A stretch of 54,439 nt of DNA from a bacterium. GTDB lineage: Bacteria; Bacillota; Clostridia; Oscillospirales; Acutalibacteraceae. Made by a program: the position numbers and the translations under genes. Positions within the stretch are counted from its first letter, which is position 1. Every line of letters starts with the position of its first letter. This document shows, piece by piece, positions 10,010-18,421 of this stretch. The notes beneath the pieces are model-generated. The model ran no database searches. It was given only the letters and a program-made list of their open reading frames with translations, and was not told the DNA's origin. Where the stretch lies: assembly GCA_963597385.1 (NCBI GenBank), contig CAVBQD010000001.1, forward strand, positions 1 to 54,439. The letters are read 5' to 3'.

Positions 10010-10039
10010 AAAGCGACTTGACATAGTCAAATCGCTTTT
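10007..10039 (-). terminator. Rho-independent terminator after agrC
   Basis: AAAAGCGATTTGAC-TAT-GTCAAGTCGCTTTTTT on the minus strand. Confidence 0.7.
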
Positions 10040-10047
10040 AGTAATTG

Positions 10048-11328
10048 CTATTTTAAAATAATTGTAGTTGTAAATTGTTTTTTTTCGTTGTTGTATTCCC
10101 ATTCCAAGTCGCCTTTATATTTTTTTAATACCTTTTTGACGCTTTTTATTCCTAAACCATGTGATTTTTTATTTTCTTTAGTTGTTTTTAATTCTCCGTT
10201 TACACTTTGGGGTGGTGTATCACAACTGTTTGTTACGATTATTGAATCATAAGTGTTGACTTTATTTGTTTCAAGTAATATACACTTATTTTTTGAGCTA
10301 TATGCAGCTTTAACTGCATTATCAAGTATATTGCCCAAAATGGTTACTAAATCGTAATCATCAACAATCTTCAGATTGGATAATCTTACATCAAAATTAA
10401 AATTGATATTTTTTATTTCACATTCCGTAACATATTTATTTATGATAACATCAAGTGTATGATTACCACTATGACAAGTGCTGCTGTGTGCTTTTAATTC
10501 ATTTGTCATTTTAGTCAAATATTTGTCAATTTGTTCATTGTGATTAAGAGCTTTAATAGCATTTAGGTGATTTTTAGTATCATGAGCATAAATCATTAAT
10601 TCGTTATTTTGCTGTTCGAGAATATCATAATATTTTTTATCTATATTTGTTTTTTCTATTTCTTGTTCAATGATTAAATACTGATTTTCTTTTACAACAC
10701 TATTTTGATAAACGATAAATAACATTACCGTTGAGAAGAACATCAGCATACTTGTTATAGATAATAATATTTGATGCGTATTGCTTAATTTGTAATTGGC
10801 ACAAATACTCCAAAACAAAATTAATGCCAAAGTAATTACCATTGGATAAAAATATAATGCTATTGGAATTTTTACACTTCTTTTTTCTTTTTTTATCAGT
10901 GCCGACAGAACCAAACAAGTTAAGAAATACAGTATTTTGCTTACAGAAACATCAATTATAAAGAAAGTTAAATTATCTACATATTCATTGACTTTTGTAC
11001 CAGTTAATGTTGATATCAAGAATATTGCTGCAAATTCGAGTGCGGTTGAAAATATGTCTAAGATTATAGAGTAAAATAATATTTTGGCTATTTTAATATT
11101 GAAACATAAAACTGCAAATAAAAAATTAATTATGATAAATAATAATATATTTAACCATACCGTATTAGAAAAAATAATATCACTTATAGCACCGATTTCA
11201 AAAACGGCAGTACCTATAATGCAACAAATCCAAAAATTATGCTTTCTCTCTCCAATTTGTGAAAAGAATATATATGCAATCAGCATTTCTATAAAATAAG
11301 TTGTACAAATAGCAATATTACTTGCCAT
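10048..11328 (-). CDS. agrC: AgrC-like membrane sensor histidine kinase (GHKL, HATPase_c_5 type)
   Basis: Multiple TM segments; H-box YAHDTKNHL, N-box LGNILDNAV, G-box KSHGLGIKSV; adjacent to agrA/agrB/agrD. Confidence 0.88.
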   Translation of the reverse strand: MASNIAICTTYFIEMLIAYIFFSQIGERKHNFWICCIIGTAVFEIGAISDIIFSNTVWLNILLFIIINFLFAVLCFNIKIAKILFYSIILDIFSTALEFAAIFLISTLTGTKVNEYVDNLTFFIIDVSVSKILYFLTCLVLSALIKKEKRSVKIPIALYFYPMVITLALILFWSICANYKLSNTHQILLSITSMLMFFSTVMLFIVYQNSVVKENQYLIIEQEIEKTNIDKKYYDILEQQNNELMIYAHDTKNHLNAIKALNHNEQIDKYLTKMTNELKAHSSTCHSGNHTLDVIINKYVTECEIKNINFNFDVRLSNLKIVDDYDLVTILGNILDNAVKAAYSSKNKCILLETNKVNTYDSIIVTNSCDTPPQSVNGELKTTKENKKSHGLGIKSVKKVLKKYKGDLEWEYNNEKKQFTTTIILK

Positions 11329-11330
11329 AA

Positions 11331-12026
11331 TTATCTCCTTTTAACATAATTAAACCAATACTTGTGAAAATCAGCTTGCTTCCTTGTTGCAACAGAAATT
11401 CTTGTATCATCAATATAAATTTCTTTATAACTGTATTCAGTTATGTAGTGTAGATTAACATAAAATGATTTGTGAACTAAATAGAAAAATGTATTAGGTA
11501 GAGCACTTATCAATTCGTCAAATTTGCAACGCACAGTATAAATTTCGTTATTAGTGACAACTATGTTTTTTCTGTTTTCTCGCTTTATATATTTAATATC
11601 ATCAACAGAAACTTTTATGTGTCGATTCTTATTTTCGATATATACATCAATGTATGATTCATTAAGATATTCTATTGCTCTGTTAAGTCCTGAATAAAGG
11701 CGTTCAATATTAAGAGGTTTATCAAAAAATCTGAATATATGTAAGTCCATTGCTTCATCTTGATATTCATCAAAAGCAGTTATGAAAAATAATATAACCT
11801 TGTTATTTCTGCTTTTTAATTCTTTCGCAAGAGTAATTCCGTCAATTTCAGGCATTTGAATATCTAAAAATGCAAAATCGAATACAGTATCAGTTGCTAA
11901 AATTTCACTTGGATTAGTTGTAGTGAAAAATTCTGCCTTCATATAATGATTCTTCATATATTCCTCTATATGTATTTTTAATTGATTAAGATTACTTTTT
12001 TCATCATCACATATTACTATTTTCAT
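11331..12026 (-). CDS. agrA: LytTR-family response regulator (AgrA-like)
   Basis: Receiver motifs ICDDE, FLDIQMP, FITAF, KP; LytTR motif HKSFYVNL. Confidence 0.9.
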   Translation of the reverse strand: MKIVICDDEKSNLNQLKIHIEEYMKNHYMKAEFFTTTNPSEILATDTVFDFAFLDIQMPEIDGITLAKELKSRNNKVILFFITAFDEYQDEAMDLHIFRFFDKPLNIERLYSGLNRAIEYLNESYIDVYIENKNRHIKVSVDDIKYIKRENRKNIVVTNNEIYTVRCKFDELISALPNTFFYLVHKSFYVNLHYITEYSYKEIYIDDTRISVATRKQADFHKYWFNYVKRR

Positions 12027-12038
12027 AACAAAACCACC

Positions 12039-12079
12039 AAAAAAATCACTCTTACCAAGTTAATGGCAAGAGTGATTTT
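12039..12079 (-). terminator. Terminator-like hairpin between xre and agrA
   Basis: AAAATCACTCTTGCCA-N5-TGGTAAGAGTGATTTTTTT on the minus strand, ending just before the agrA RBS. Confidence 0.6.
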
Positions 12080-12095
12080 AACACGATTAACTTTT

Positions 12096-12425
12096 TTAGT
12101 CAAATTTATATTTGCTATGAATATATGTTTTGATGAGTTCCATAGCTATATTTTGTTCATCTTGTGATAGCTGCTGAAATAATTGTATTATTTGATCTTC
12201 GCGCTGTTGTTCAATCTTGCCAAAATAGTAATAATCAAGTGTACCACCTAAAACATTACAAATTTTAGTAGATACTTTAATAGTTGGTAAATTGTGACCA
12301 CATTCAATACTGGATAAATGATTTTTTGAAATATCAATTAATTCGGCTAATTTTTCTTGTGAATAACCATATTCTTTCCTCTTTTGCATTATTCTTATAC
12401 CAACAAGTTTAGCGTTTACTTCCAT
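12096..12425 (-). CDS. XRE-family HTH transcriptional regulator
   Basis: RKEYGYSQEKLAELIDISKNHLSSIECG HTH_3 pattern. Confidence 0.9.
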   Translation of the reverse strand: MEVNAKLVGIRIMQKRKEYGYSQEKLAELIDISKNHLSSIECGHNLPTIKVSTKICNVLGGTLDYYYFGKIEQQREDQIIQLFQQLSQDEQNIAMELIKTYIHSKYKFD

Positions 12426-12549
12426 AATATATCACCTCTTATGGTTATGCTATCATTTAAAGAAAAAATAAACCAACAAGTAAAACAGAACATATCTATA
12501 TAATCAGTAATTATCATTAAAATATTTAACAATTAATTTAAAATAATGA

Positions 12550-12622
12550 ATTTCTGCATTTAATGCATATTTTATTGCAGTTTGCAAATAAAGTAGAAAA
12601 TATCCTTTTTTAATGATACAAT
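12550..12622 (+). promoter_or_regulatory. Putative AgrA/LytTR-activated promoter of agrDB
   Basis: Direct repeats ATTTCTGCATTTA (12550-12562) and TTTATTGCAGTTT (12571-12583) with a 21-bp period; extended -10 TGnTACAAT at 12614-12622. Confidence 0.65.
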
Positions 12623-12644
12623 AATGTAAAAGGAGGAAGGATAT

Positions 12645-12794
12645 ATGAAGAATTTTAAATCGCTTCTTACAAAAATGGTAAGAAACACAGCTGAAATTGC
12701 ATTAAAAAGAGACGCTAATTCGACTACTTGTGCTGCAGTATATCAGCCTAAAGCACCGGTTTCTCTTGACAAATTCAAAAAGCACATTGACTAA
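12645..12794 (+). CDS. agrD: AgrD cyclic (thio)lactone autoinducer precursor, 49 aa: MKNFKSLLTKMVRNTAEIALKRDANSTTCAAVYQPKAPVSLDKFKKHID
   Basis: Not in the ORF track. AGGAGG RBS, amphipathic leader, clostridial NSTTCxxxYQPKxP motif, TAATG overlap with agrB. Confidence 0.92.
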   Translation: MKNFKSLLTKMVRNTAEIALKRDANSTTCAAVYQPKAPVSLDKFKKHID

Positions 12795-13396
12795 TGATTT
12801 CGAAATTAGCAGAAAAATTAGTTGATTGTTTGTATTGTCAACACGACATATCAGATGATGAACAAGAACTGTACAAATATGGATTCTTTGTTTTACTTTC
12901 ACAGATACTATATTTAATAATTGCAATTATTCTAGGATTCATATTTAAATCAGTTTTTGAAAGCATTATTTTCTATATTGCTTTTCAGTTTATAAGAAGA
13001 TATGCCGGTGGCTATCATGCCAAGACTGAAACAAGATGCGAAATATTATCAACTTTATCAATTTTATGCTGTATAGTGCTTATCAAGTTATCAAAAATGT
13101 ATGATATTAGAATTGCATTACTTAGTATATCTTTAGTATTTGCTGTTTTAATATTCATTCTTTGTCCGCTTGATACCCCGGAAAAGCCTTTATCTGATAA
13201 GGAGTATAAATACTTTCGTAAAATATCTTGGATAATATTATTACTAATTATTGTTGCAATAATCATATCATTTATTTTCAAAATTAATATTGTATTTGCA
13301 CCTTGCTGTGTAAGTACAATTTTTGAAGGTGTACTAATTGGCACGGGTCAAATTAAAAAAGCATACAGTAAAAAAAGAGCAAACTCTGAAATTTAA
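12794..13396 (+). CDS. agrB: AgrB autoinducer-processing membrane peptidase
   Basis: IRRYAGGYHAKTETRC motif with catalytic His/Cys, PLDTPEKP motif, multiple TM segments. Confidence 0.93.
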   Translation: MISKLAEKLVDCLYCQHDISDDEQELYKYGFFVLLSQILYLIIAIILGFIFKSVFESIIFYIAFQFIRRYAGGYHAKTETRCEILSTLSILCCIVLIKLSKMYDIRIALLSISLVFAVLIFILCPLDTPEKPLSDKEYKYFRKISWIILLLIIVAIIISFIFKINIVFAPCCVSTIFEGVLIGTGQIKKAYSKKRANSEI

Positions 13397-13439
13397 AGAG
13401 TTTGCTCTTCATAATTGTATATGTAAATACAGAAACGCA

Positions 13440-13604
13440 ATGCAAATAAAAGAGATTATTTGCCTAACCGGCGCTAAGCTAGTGTTTCCGGTTTGTCCAC
13501 AATGCGGCGGAGCAATCGAAAGAGAATATATGAAATATTGCTCAAATTGTGGTCAAAAATTGTCATGGAAAGACTTTGATTTCATAGAAATAACATATAA
13601 ATAA
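13440..13604 (+). CDS. Small zinc-ribbon protein; start uncertain
   Basis: CPQC-x11-CSNCGQKLSW. Confidence 0.6.
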   Translation: MQIKEIICLTGAKLVFPVCPQCGGAIEREYMKYCSNCGQKLSWKDFDFIEITYK

Positions 13605-13795
13605 TTATTTACGCTAACGAATATTAGCAAATATTCGTTAAGGTCTTGTTTTTTGCCCGAATTTGGCTTGAATACTGCGTTTTATGGCATTTCGAATTTT
13701 AATTGTTCCTTATACAAAATCATATAACCACCATACTGACTCAAATATTTGGGGTACTGAAATTAGTAATTCATTCACGATTTTTTTTAAAAGCA

Positions 13796-13824
13796 TAGAC
13801 AAAAACTGACAGATAAGCTACAAT
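13796..13824 (+). promoter_or_regulatory. Sigma-A-like promoter upstream of tam
   Basis: TAGACA-N17-TACAAT. Confidence 0.5.
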
Positions 13825-14024
13825 AGCTATTGATTTTTAAAATGTTTGCAGTTAAAAACAGAAAGAGAGCGTTTCAGAAAAATCAGGCACGATTTGTCAA
13901 AAAATACAACGGCGTATTTACCTTTAACATTAACGGAGATAAATATATAACAGGCACTGTACTTGATAACATTGAATGTGTAAGTCAATAACACCTATTT
14001 CTTAGATTTTAAGGAGATGATAAT

Positions 14025-14792
14025 ATGTCCGACTGGAGTTCGGCACAGTATATGAAATTTGCAAAGGAACGCACACAGCCGTCGGTGGATTTGGTGGCTC
14101 GTTTGTGTGACATTAACCCCAAAAATGTACTCGACATCGGTTGCGGTCCGGGCAACAGCACGCATGCACTCAAAGAGCGTTTTACCGATGCCGAAATTCT
14201 CGGAATTGACGCTTCGCCCGATATGCTCGAACGGGCACGGGCAACCTATCCCGATATGAAATTCAAACAGTGTTTTGTGCCGCAGGGGTTTTCCGAAATT
14301 GATGAAAACTTTGATTTGATTTTTTCAAACGCGTGCATTCATTGGATACCGAAACAAAAGGAACTGTTGACCGCAACGGTTGACAAGCTGAACCCGGGCG
14401 GAACTCTTGCCGTGCAAATTCCTTACATTCAAGCGGCACCGTTTTACAAAGTTTTGTTCAAAATGGTCGAATGCGAAAAATGGCAAAAACTGTCGACAAT
14501 CAAAAATTTCCACAACCTTACACCGGAAGAATACTACGATGTTTTGGACGAAGTCGGACTTGATTTTGACATTTGGCAAACCGATTATTTTCACACGGTT
14601 GACGGAATTGACGGCGTAATAAATTGGTACAAAGGCAGCGGACTGCGACCGTACCTTGACGCACTTGACAAAAACGAACGGGCGGAGTTTTTGACTGAAC
14701 TCAAAGAAAACATCAAAAACGAATATTCGTTCCAAGCAAACGGCAAAATGATACTGAAAATGCCGAGAATTTTCTTCACAGCGAAAAAATGA
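14025..14792 (+). CDS. tam: Trans-aconitate 2-methyltransferase-like SAM methyltransferase
   Basis: W..AQYMKF..ERTQP..DL, LDIGCGPGNST, FSNACIHW, W.KGSGLRPYL. Confidence 0.88.
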   Translation: MSDWSSAQYMKFAKERTQPSVDLVARLCDINPKNVLDIGCGPGNSTHALKERFTDAEILGIDASPDMLERARATYPDMKFKQCFVPQGFSEIDENFDLIFSNACIHWIPKQKELLTATVDKLNPGGTLAVQIPYIQAAPFYKVLFKMVECEKWQKLSTIKNFHNLTPEEYYDVLDEVGLDFDIWQTDYFHTVDGIDGVINWYKGSGLRPYLDALDKNERAEFLTELKENIKNEYSFQANGKMILKMPRIFFTAKK

Positions 14793-14877
14793 GCCTGTGA
14801 TAAATCCCAAAAGCACAACAAAAATCGCACCTTTCTCTCTTTGTGCAAAAAATCAGATTAAATGGTAGCTTTATTTA

Positions 14878-14910
14878 TTGGCGTGATTCAGGAGCTTTAT
14901 CGACAGTCTG
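14878..14910 (+). repeat. Isolated copy of the MITE right end
   Basis: TTGGCGTGATTCAGGAGCTTTATCGACAGTCTG closely matches 22102-22134. Confidence 0.65.
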
Positions 14911-14921
14911 TAAAAAAACAT

Positions 14922-15008
14922 TTGACTTTTCAAAATAATAAGTGATATAATACAAAACATCGAGTAGCTTAATGCGTAAGTCCGGATGGGCTTACGCTTT
15001 TTATTTTA
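14922..15008 (+). promoter_or_regulatory. Promoter plus leader terminator (candidate attenuator) of the MFS gene
   Basis: TTGACT-N18-TATAAT, then GCGTAAGTCC-GGAT-GGGCTTACGC-TTTTTATTTT before the RBS. Confidence 0.6.
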
Positions 15009-15034
15009 CTCAAATACAAATAGGACGGTGCTTT

Positions 15035-16237
15035 ATGAAAGAAAAATCAAATGTAAAATTATGGAGCAAAGACTTCATAATAATTATTGTAGTTAATTTC
15101 CTTGTGTTTTTAAATCACTTGATGATACTGTCAACATTTCCGTTTTTTATCTCGTTTCTCGGATATTCAGACAGCATATCGGGTCTGTGCGTAACGCTGT
15201 TTTGCGTTGTATCGGTTGTGTGCCGACCGTTTGTCGGTTGGCTTCTTGACAACGGCAAGCGAAAACTAATTTTGCTTGTGGGTATTTTGGGTATGGCACT
15301 TATGCCTATGGGGTATCTGCTTGTTTATACCGCTCTGTCGTCAATTGCACTTGCCATGGCATTTCGTATGATTCACGGATTTGCCCTTGCATTTTCAAAC
15401 ACTTCAACATCAACGATAGCGTCCGACATCATACCAAAGGAGCGATTTTCCGAAGGTATGGGTATGTTCGGTATGGCGACGGCTCTTGCAACCGCCTGTG
15501 CTCCGGCAATCGGTGAAGCGTTAATGAATAAAAGCTTTGCCACATTGTTTGCCGTTTCGACAGGTTGTATGATTTTGTGCCTTGTTCTGTTTGCATTTTT
15601 AAAAGTGCCTGCATTAGAGGTTGAAAAAAAGCCGTTGAATTTTAAAGGACTCATCGACAAAGACGCCTTGCCTGCGTCGTGCGTTGTGCTTGTGTTCCTT
15701 TTAACCTACGGTGCTCTTGAAAATTACACGCTCAAATTTGTATCTCAAACCGACAAAATCACCCTTTCGGGCGGTGCATATTTCACCGTTATGGCAGTTA
15801 TGCTTTTTTTGACAAGGGTTCTCATAGGTAAACAAGCCGATAAAAAAGGTGAAGGTATTTTTGTATATGCGTGCAATGTTCTTATGCTTGCGGCTTTGCT
15901 TTTGCTTGCGTTTGTTCCGAATAACATTACATTTATCATTTCGGGTATATTCTCGGGTTTCGCCTTTGGCGGTATCGAGCCTGCACTTCAGGCAATGGCG
16001 GTTAACATCGCTCCGCCCGAACGCCGAGGTGCGGCAAACTCCACCTTTCTTTGTGCTTACGATATAGGTATCGGCATCGGCGGCGGTATTGCCGGTGTGC
16101 TAATCGACGGTGTGGGATATAACCGTATGTTTGCGATTATTTCAATTGCAAATGTCGTATCGATTATCATTTATTTCCTGTGGGGCAGCAAGCACCCGTC
16201 GTCAATGACATACAGAATTAAGAATAATCTGAAATAG
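15035..16237 (+). CDS. MFS transporter
   Basis: About 12 TM segments, motif A GWLLDNGKRK, PPERRGAANS. Start moved to MKEKSNVK on the AGGACGG RBS. Confidence 0.9.
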   Translation: MKEKSNVKLWSKDFIIIIVVNFLVFLNHLMILSTFPFFISFLGYSDSISGLCVTLFCVVSVVCRPFVGWLLDNGKRKLILLVGILGMALMPMGYLLVYTALSSIALAMAFRMIHGFALAFSNTSTSTIASDIIPKERFSEGMGMFGMATALATACAPAIGEALMNKSFATLFAVSTGCMILCLVLFAFLKVPALEVEKKPLNFKGLIDKDALPASCVVLVFLLTYGALENYTLKFVSQTDKITLSGGAYFTVMAVMLFLTRVLIGKQADKKGEGIFVYACNVLMLAALLLLAFVPNNITFIISGIFSGFAFGGIEPALQAMAVNIAPPERRGAANSTFLCAYDIGIGIGGGIAGVLIDGVGYNRMFAIISIANVVSIIIYFLWGSKHPSSMTYRIKNNLK

Positions 16238-16301
16238 AAACAACAAAAGCCTCTCATTGCGTTGTGCTGATGAGAGGTTAATTATTTGGTGTGCATAAAA
16301 A

Positions 16302-17156
16302 TCATCGGTAATTCAAATTGTTTCTGTACTGCGTCGGCGTCATATTTTTTCTGCGTTTGAACATACGGTTAAAATAGCTCAAATCGTTAAACCCACACGA
16401 AAGTGCAACTTCGGTAACGGATAAATCGGAAAGTCGAAGCTGTTCCGCCGCACATTCTATACGATAATAATTGAGATAATCAATCGGCGGTTTGCCGGTA
16501 AGTTCCTTGAATGCACGACAAAAATACTGCGAATTGAGATGTGCTTCCCTTGCCAAATCGTCAAGAGTGAGCGGTTTGGAATAATCATTGCGGATTTTTG
16601 TAAGCACACGCTTTATTTGCTTGTTTTTGCGGTAAACAGTATCGGTGTTTTCAGGTCTGATTTGCGATTTCTGTTCAATAAGTTCTCCCATAAACTGCCA
16701 AAGCAAACCCGTGGTGGTAAAGGTGTAAGCCGAATTTTCCCTTTCCATATTAACAAAAAGCTCGTCGATAATCCGACCGCACTTTGAATTGTCGTCAAAT
16801 ATCATTTCGCTCACACTTCCGTTATCAAGCGACGAATTGTATTTTTCAAGGCACTGCGGTGATAACGATAAAAACCGCTCAATGTCAAAAACGACACATT
16901 CATATATACAGTTTTTCGGCGTTCCGCCGTGAATGTACTCACCCGGAATAAACGCACTTTGCCCTTTTTGAAGGGTGTATGCCGTGCCGTTTACCGTAAG
17001 GTGCAATCTGCCGTCGAGCACAAGGATAAGCTCACATTCCATATGCCAATGAAACGGCATTTCGTACTGCGGATGATTGATGTCAACATAATATAATTGT
17101 ATTGGAAATCCAAAAGTGCCACGCACCTGATTTTCCTGATAGCCAAAATATCTCAT
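16302..17156 (-). CDS. AraC-family regulator (cupin + HTH), divergent from the fuc operon
   Basis: PFHWHMECE cupin; VALSCGFNDLSYFNRMFKR...TPTQYR. Confidence 0.92.
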   Translation of the reverse strand: MRYFGYQENQVRGTFGFPIQLYYVDINHPQYEMPFHWHMECELILVLDGRLHLTVNGTAYTLQKGQSAFIPGEYIHGGTPKNCIYECVVFDIERFLSLSPQCLEKYNSSLDNGSVSEMIFDDNSKCGRIIDELFVNMERENSAYTFTTTGLLWQFMGELIEQKSQIRPENTDTVYRKNKQIKRVLTKIRNDYSKPLTLDDLAREAHLNSQYFCRAFKELTGKPPIDYLNYYRIECAAEQLRLSDLSVTEVALSCGFNDLSYFNRMFKRRKNMTPTQYRNNLNYR

Positions 17157-17267
17157 ATTCCACCCAAAATGTCAAAATAATCCTATTACTTATCATTATA
17201 CACCTTGTTTTACAACAAAATCAACTATATAATAAAAATATAGTATTATTGAAAGGAAAATTTAACT

Positions 17268-17978
17268 ATGGATATTGAAACAATCAAAGACCAAATTTGC
17301 GACGTCTGCCATAAGATGTGGCAACTCGGATGGGTTGCCGCAAATGACGGTAATGTAAGTGCAAAACTTGACGACGGAACACTTCTTGCAACTCCTACCG
17401 GTATGAGCAAGTCGTTTATCACTCCGGACAAGCTCATCAGAATCGACAGAGAGGGTAATGTTCTTGAGGCAGCTGAGGGACTTCGCCCGTCAAGCGAAAT
17501 CAAAATGCACCTTCGCTGTTATGACAAAAGACCTGATGTAAACAGCGTAATCCACGCTCACCCACCGGGAGCAACAGGTTTTGCGGTAGCTCACAAGGCT
17601 ATGGATATGTACAATATGATTGAAGATGTTGCCGCTATCGGTGCAGTTCCTCTTACTCCGTACGGTACTCCGTCAACAACAGAAGTTCCGGACGCTATCG
17701 AGCCGTATCTTGAGGAGCACGATGTAATGCTTCTTGAAAACCACGGTGCTCTTGCAGTCGGCAGTGATGTTATCACCGCTTTTTACAGAATGGAAAGCCT
17801 TGAACTTTGGGCAAAAATCACCATCAATGCGGTTATCCTCGGCGGCAGCCACGATATTGATGACAAAAACATTCAAAAACTTATCGACCTCAGAAGTTAT
17901 TACAGAATCACAGGCCGTCACCCGGGCTACAAAGTGTTCAATCCGGATGACGAATTGCTCCACAAAAAGGAGGACTGA
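17268..17978 (+). CDS. fucA: Class II aldolase, probably L-fuculose-1-phosphate aldolase
   Basis: DGNVS, TPTG, PSSE..MH, HAHPP, LLENHG; operon context. Confidence 0.8.
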   Translation: MDIETIKDQICDVCHKMWQLGWVAANDGNVSAKLDDGTLLATPTGMSKSFITPDKLIRIDREGNVLEAAEGLRPSSEIKMHLRCYDKRPDVNSVIHAHPPGATGFAVAHKAMDMYNMIEDVAAIGAVPLTPYGTPSTTEVPDAIEPYLEEHDVMLLENHGALAVGSDVITAFYRMESLELWAKITINAVILGGSHDIDDKNIQKLIDLRSYYRITGRHPGYKVFNPDDELLHKKED

Positions 17979-17980
17979 TT

Positions 17981-18421
17981 ATGCTCAAAGGTATCAATCC
18001 TATTGTATCGCCCGAGCTTCTTAAAGCTCTTTGCGAAATGGGTCACGGCGATGAGCTTGTAATTGCCGACGGCAACTTCCCTTGCGAAAGCATCGGTAAA
18101 AACGCAATCGTTGTCCGTGCCGACGGTCATTCGACAACAGATATTTTGGACGCTGTTTTGTCGCTCATTCCGCTTGATACATACACAGAGAAGCCGGTTG
18201 CACTTATGGAAGTTGTAAAGGGCGACAACACGCCTACTCCGGCAATTTGGGCTGAATACGACAAGCTTTTCAACAAATACGAGCCTGCTCACCACGATAT
18301 TGAAATGACAGAACGCTTTACTTTTTATGAAAGAGCTAAAAACGCATATCTCATTATCGCAACGGGCGAAACCGCAATTTACGCAAATGTTTTGCTCAAA
18401 AAAGGAGTAGTAACAGTATGA
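17981..18421 (+). CDS. fucU: L-fucose mutarotase (RbsD/FucU family)
   Basis: MLKGI...MGHGDELVIADGNFP, FYERAK, TGETAIYAN. Confidence 0.9.
   Translation: MLKGINPIVSPELLKALCEMGHGDELVIADGNFPCESIGKNAIVVRADGHSTTDILDAVLSLIPLDTYTEKPVALMEVVKGDNTPTPAIWAEYDKLFNKYEPAHHDIEMTERFTFYERAKNAYLIIATGETAIYANVLLKKGVVTV

Larger units (their letters stand above)
1..13700. mobile_element. AT-rich genomic island or decayed ICE end; right boundary approximate
   Basis: VirB4 remnant, accessory cargo, and a visible shift from AT-rich sequence to higher GC after ~14,000. No integrase lies in the window. Confidence 0.6.

Noticed and set aside
9902..10102. 66-aa ORF between agrC and Rhs as a possible immunity or RNAIII-like gene
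   Set aside because: It overlaps the agrC end, its terminator and the Rhs promoter, and has no RBS.
13685..13700. TTCGAAT as a tRNA 3' remnant at the island end
   Set aside because: No T-stem, acceptor stem or CCA around it, and no tRNA or rRNA gene was recognised anywhere in the window.
13842..13991. 49-aa ORF MFAVKNRKRAFQ... upstream of tam
   Set aside because: No recognisable RBS or motif. It could be a leader peptide, but the sequence does not support a call.
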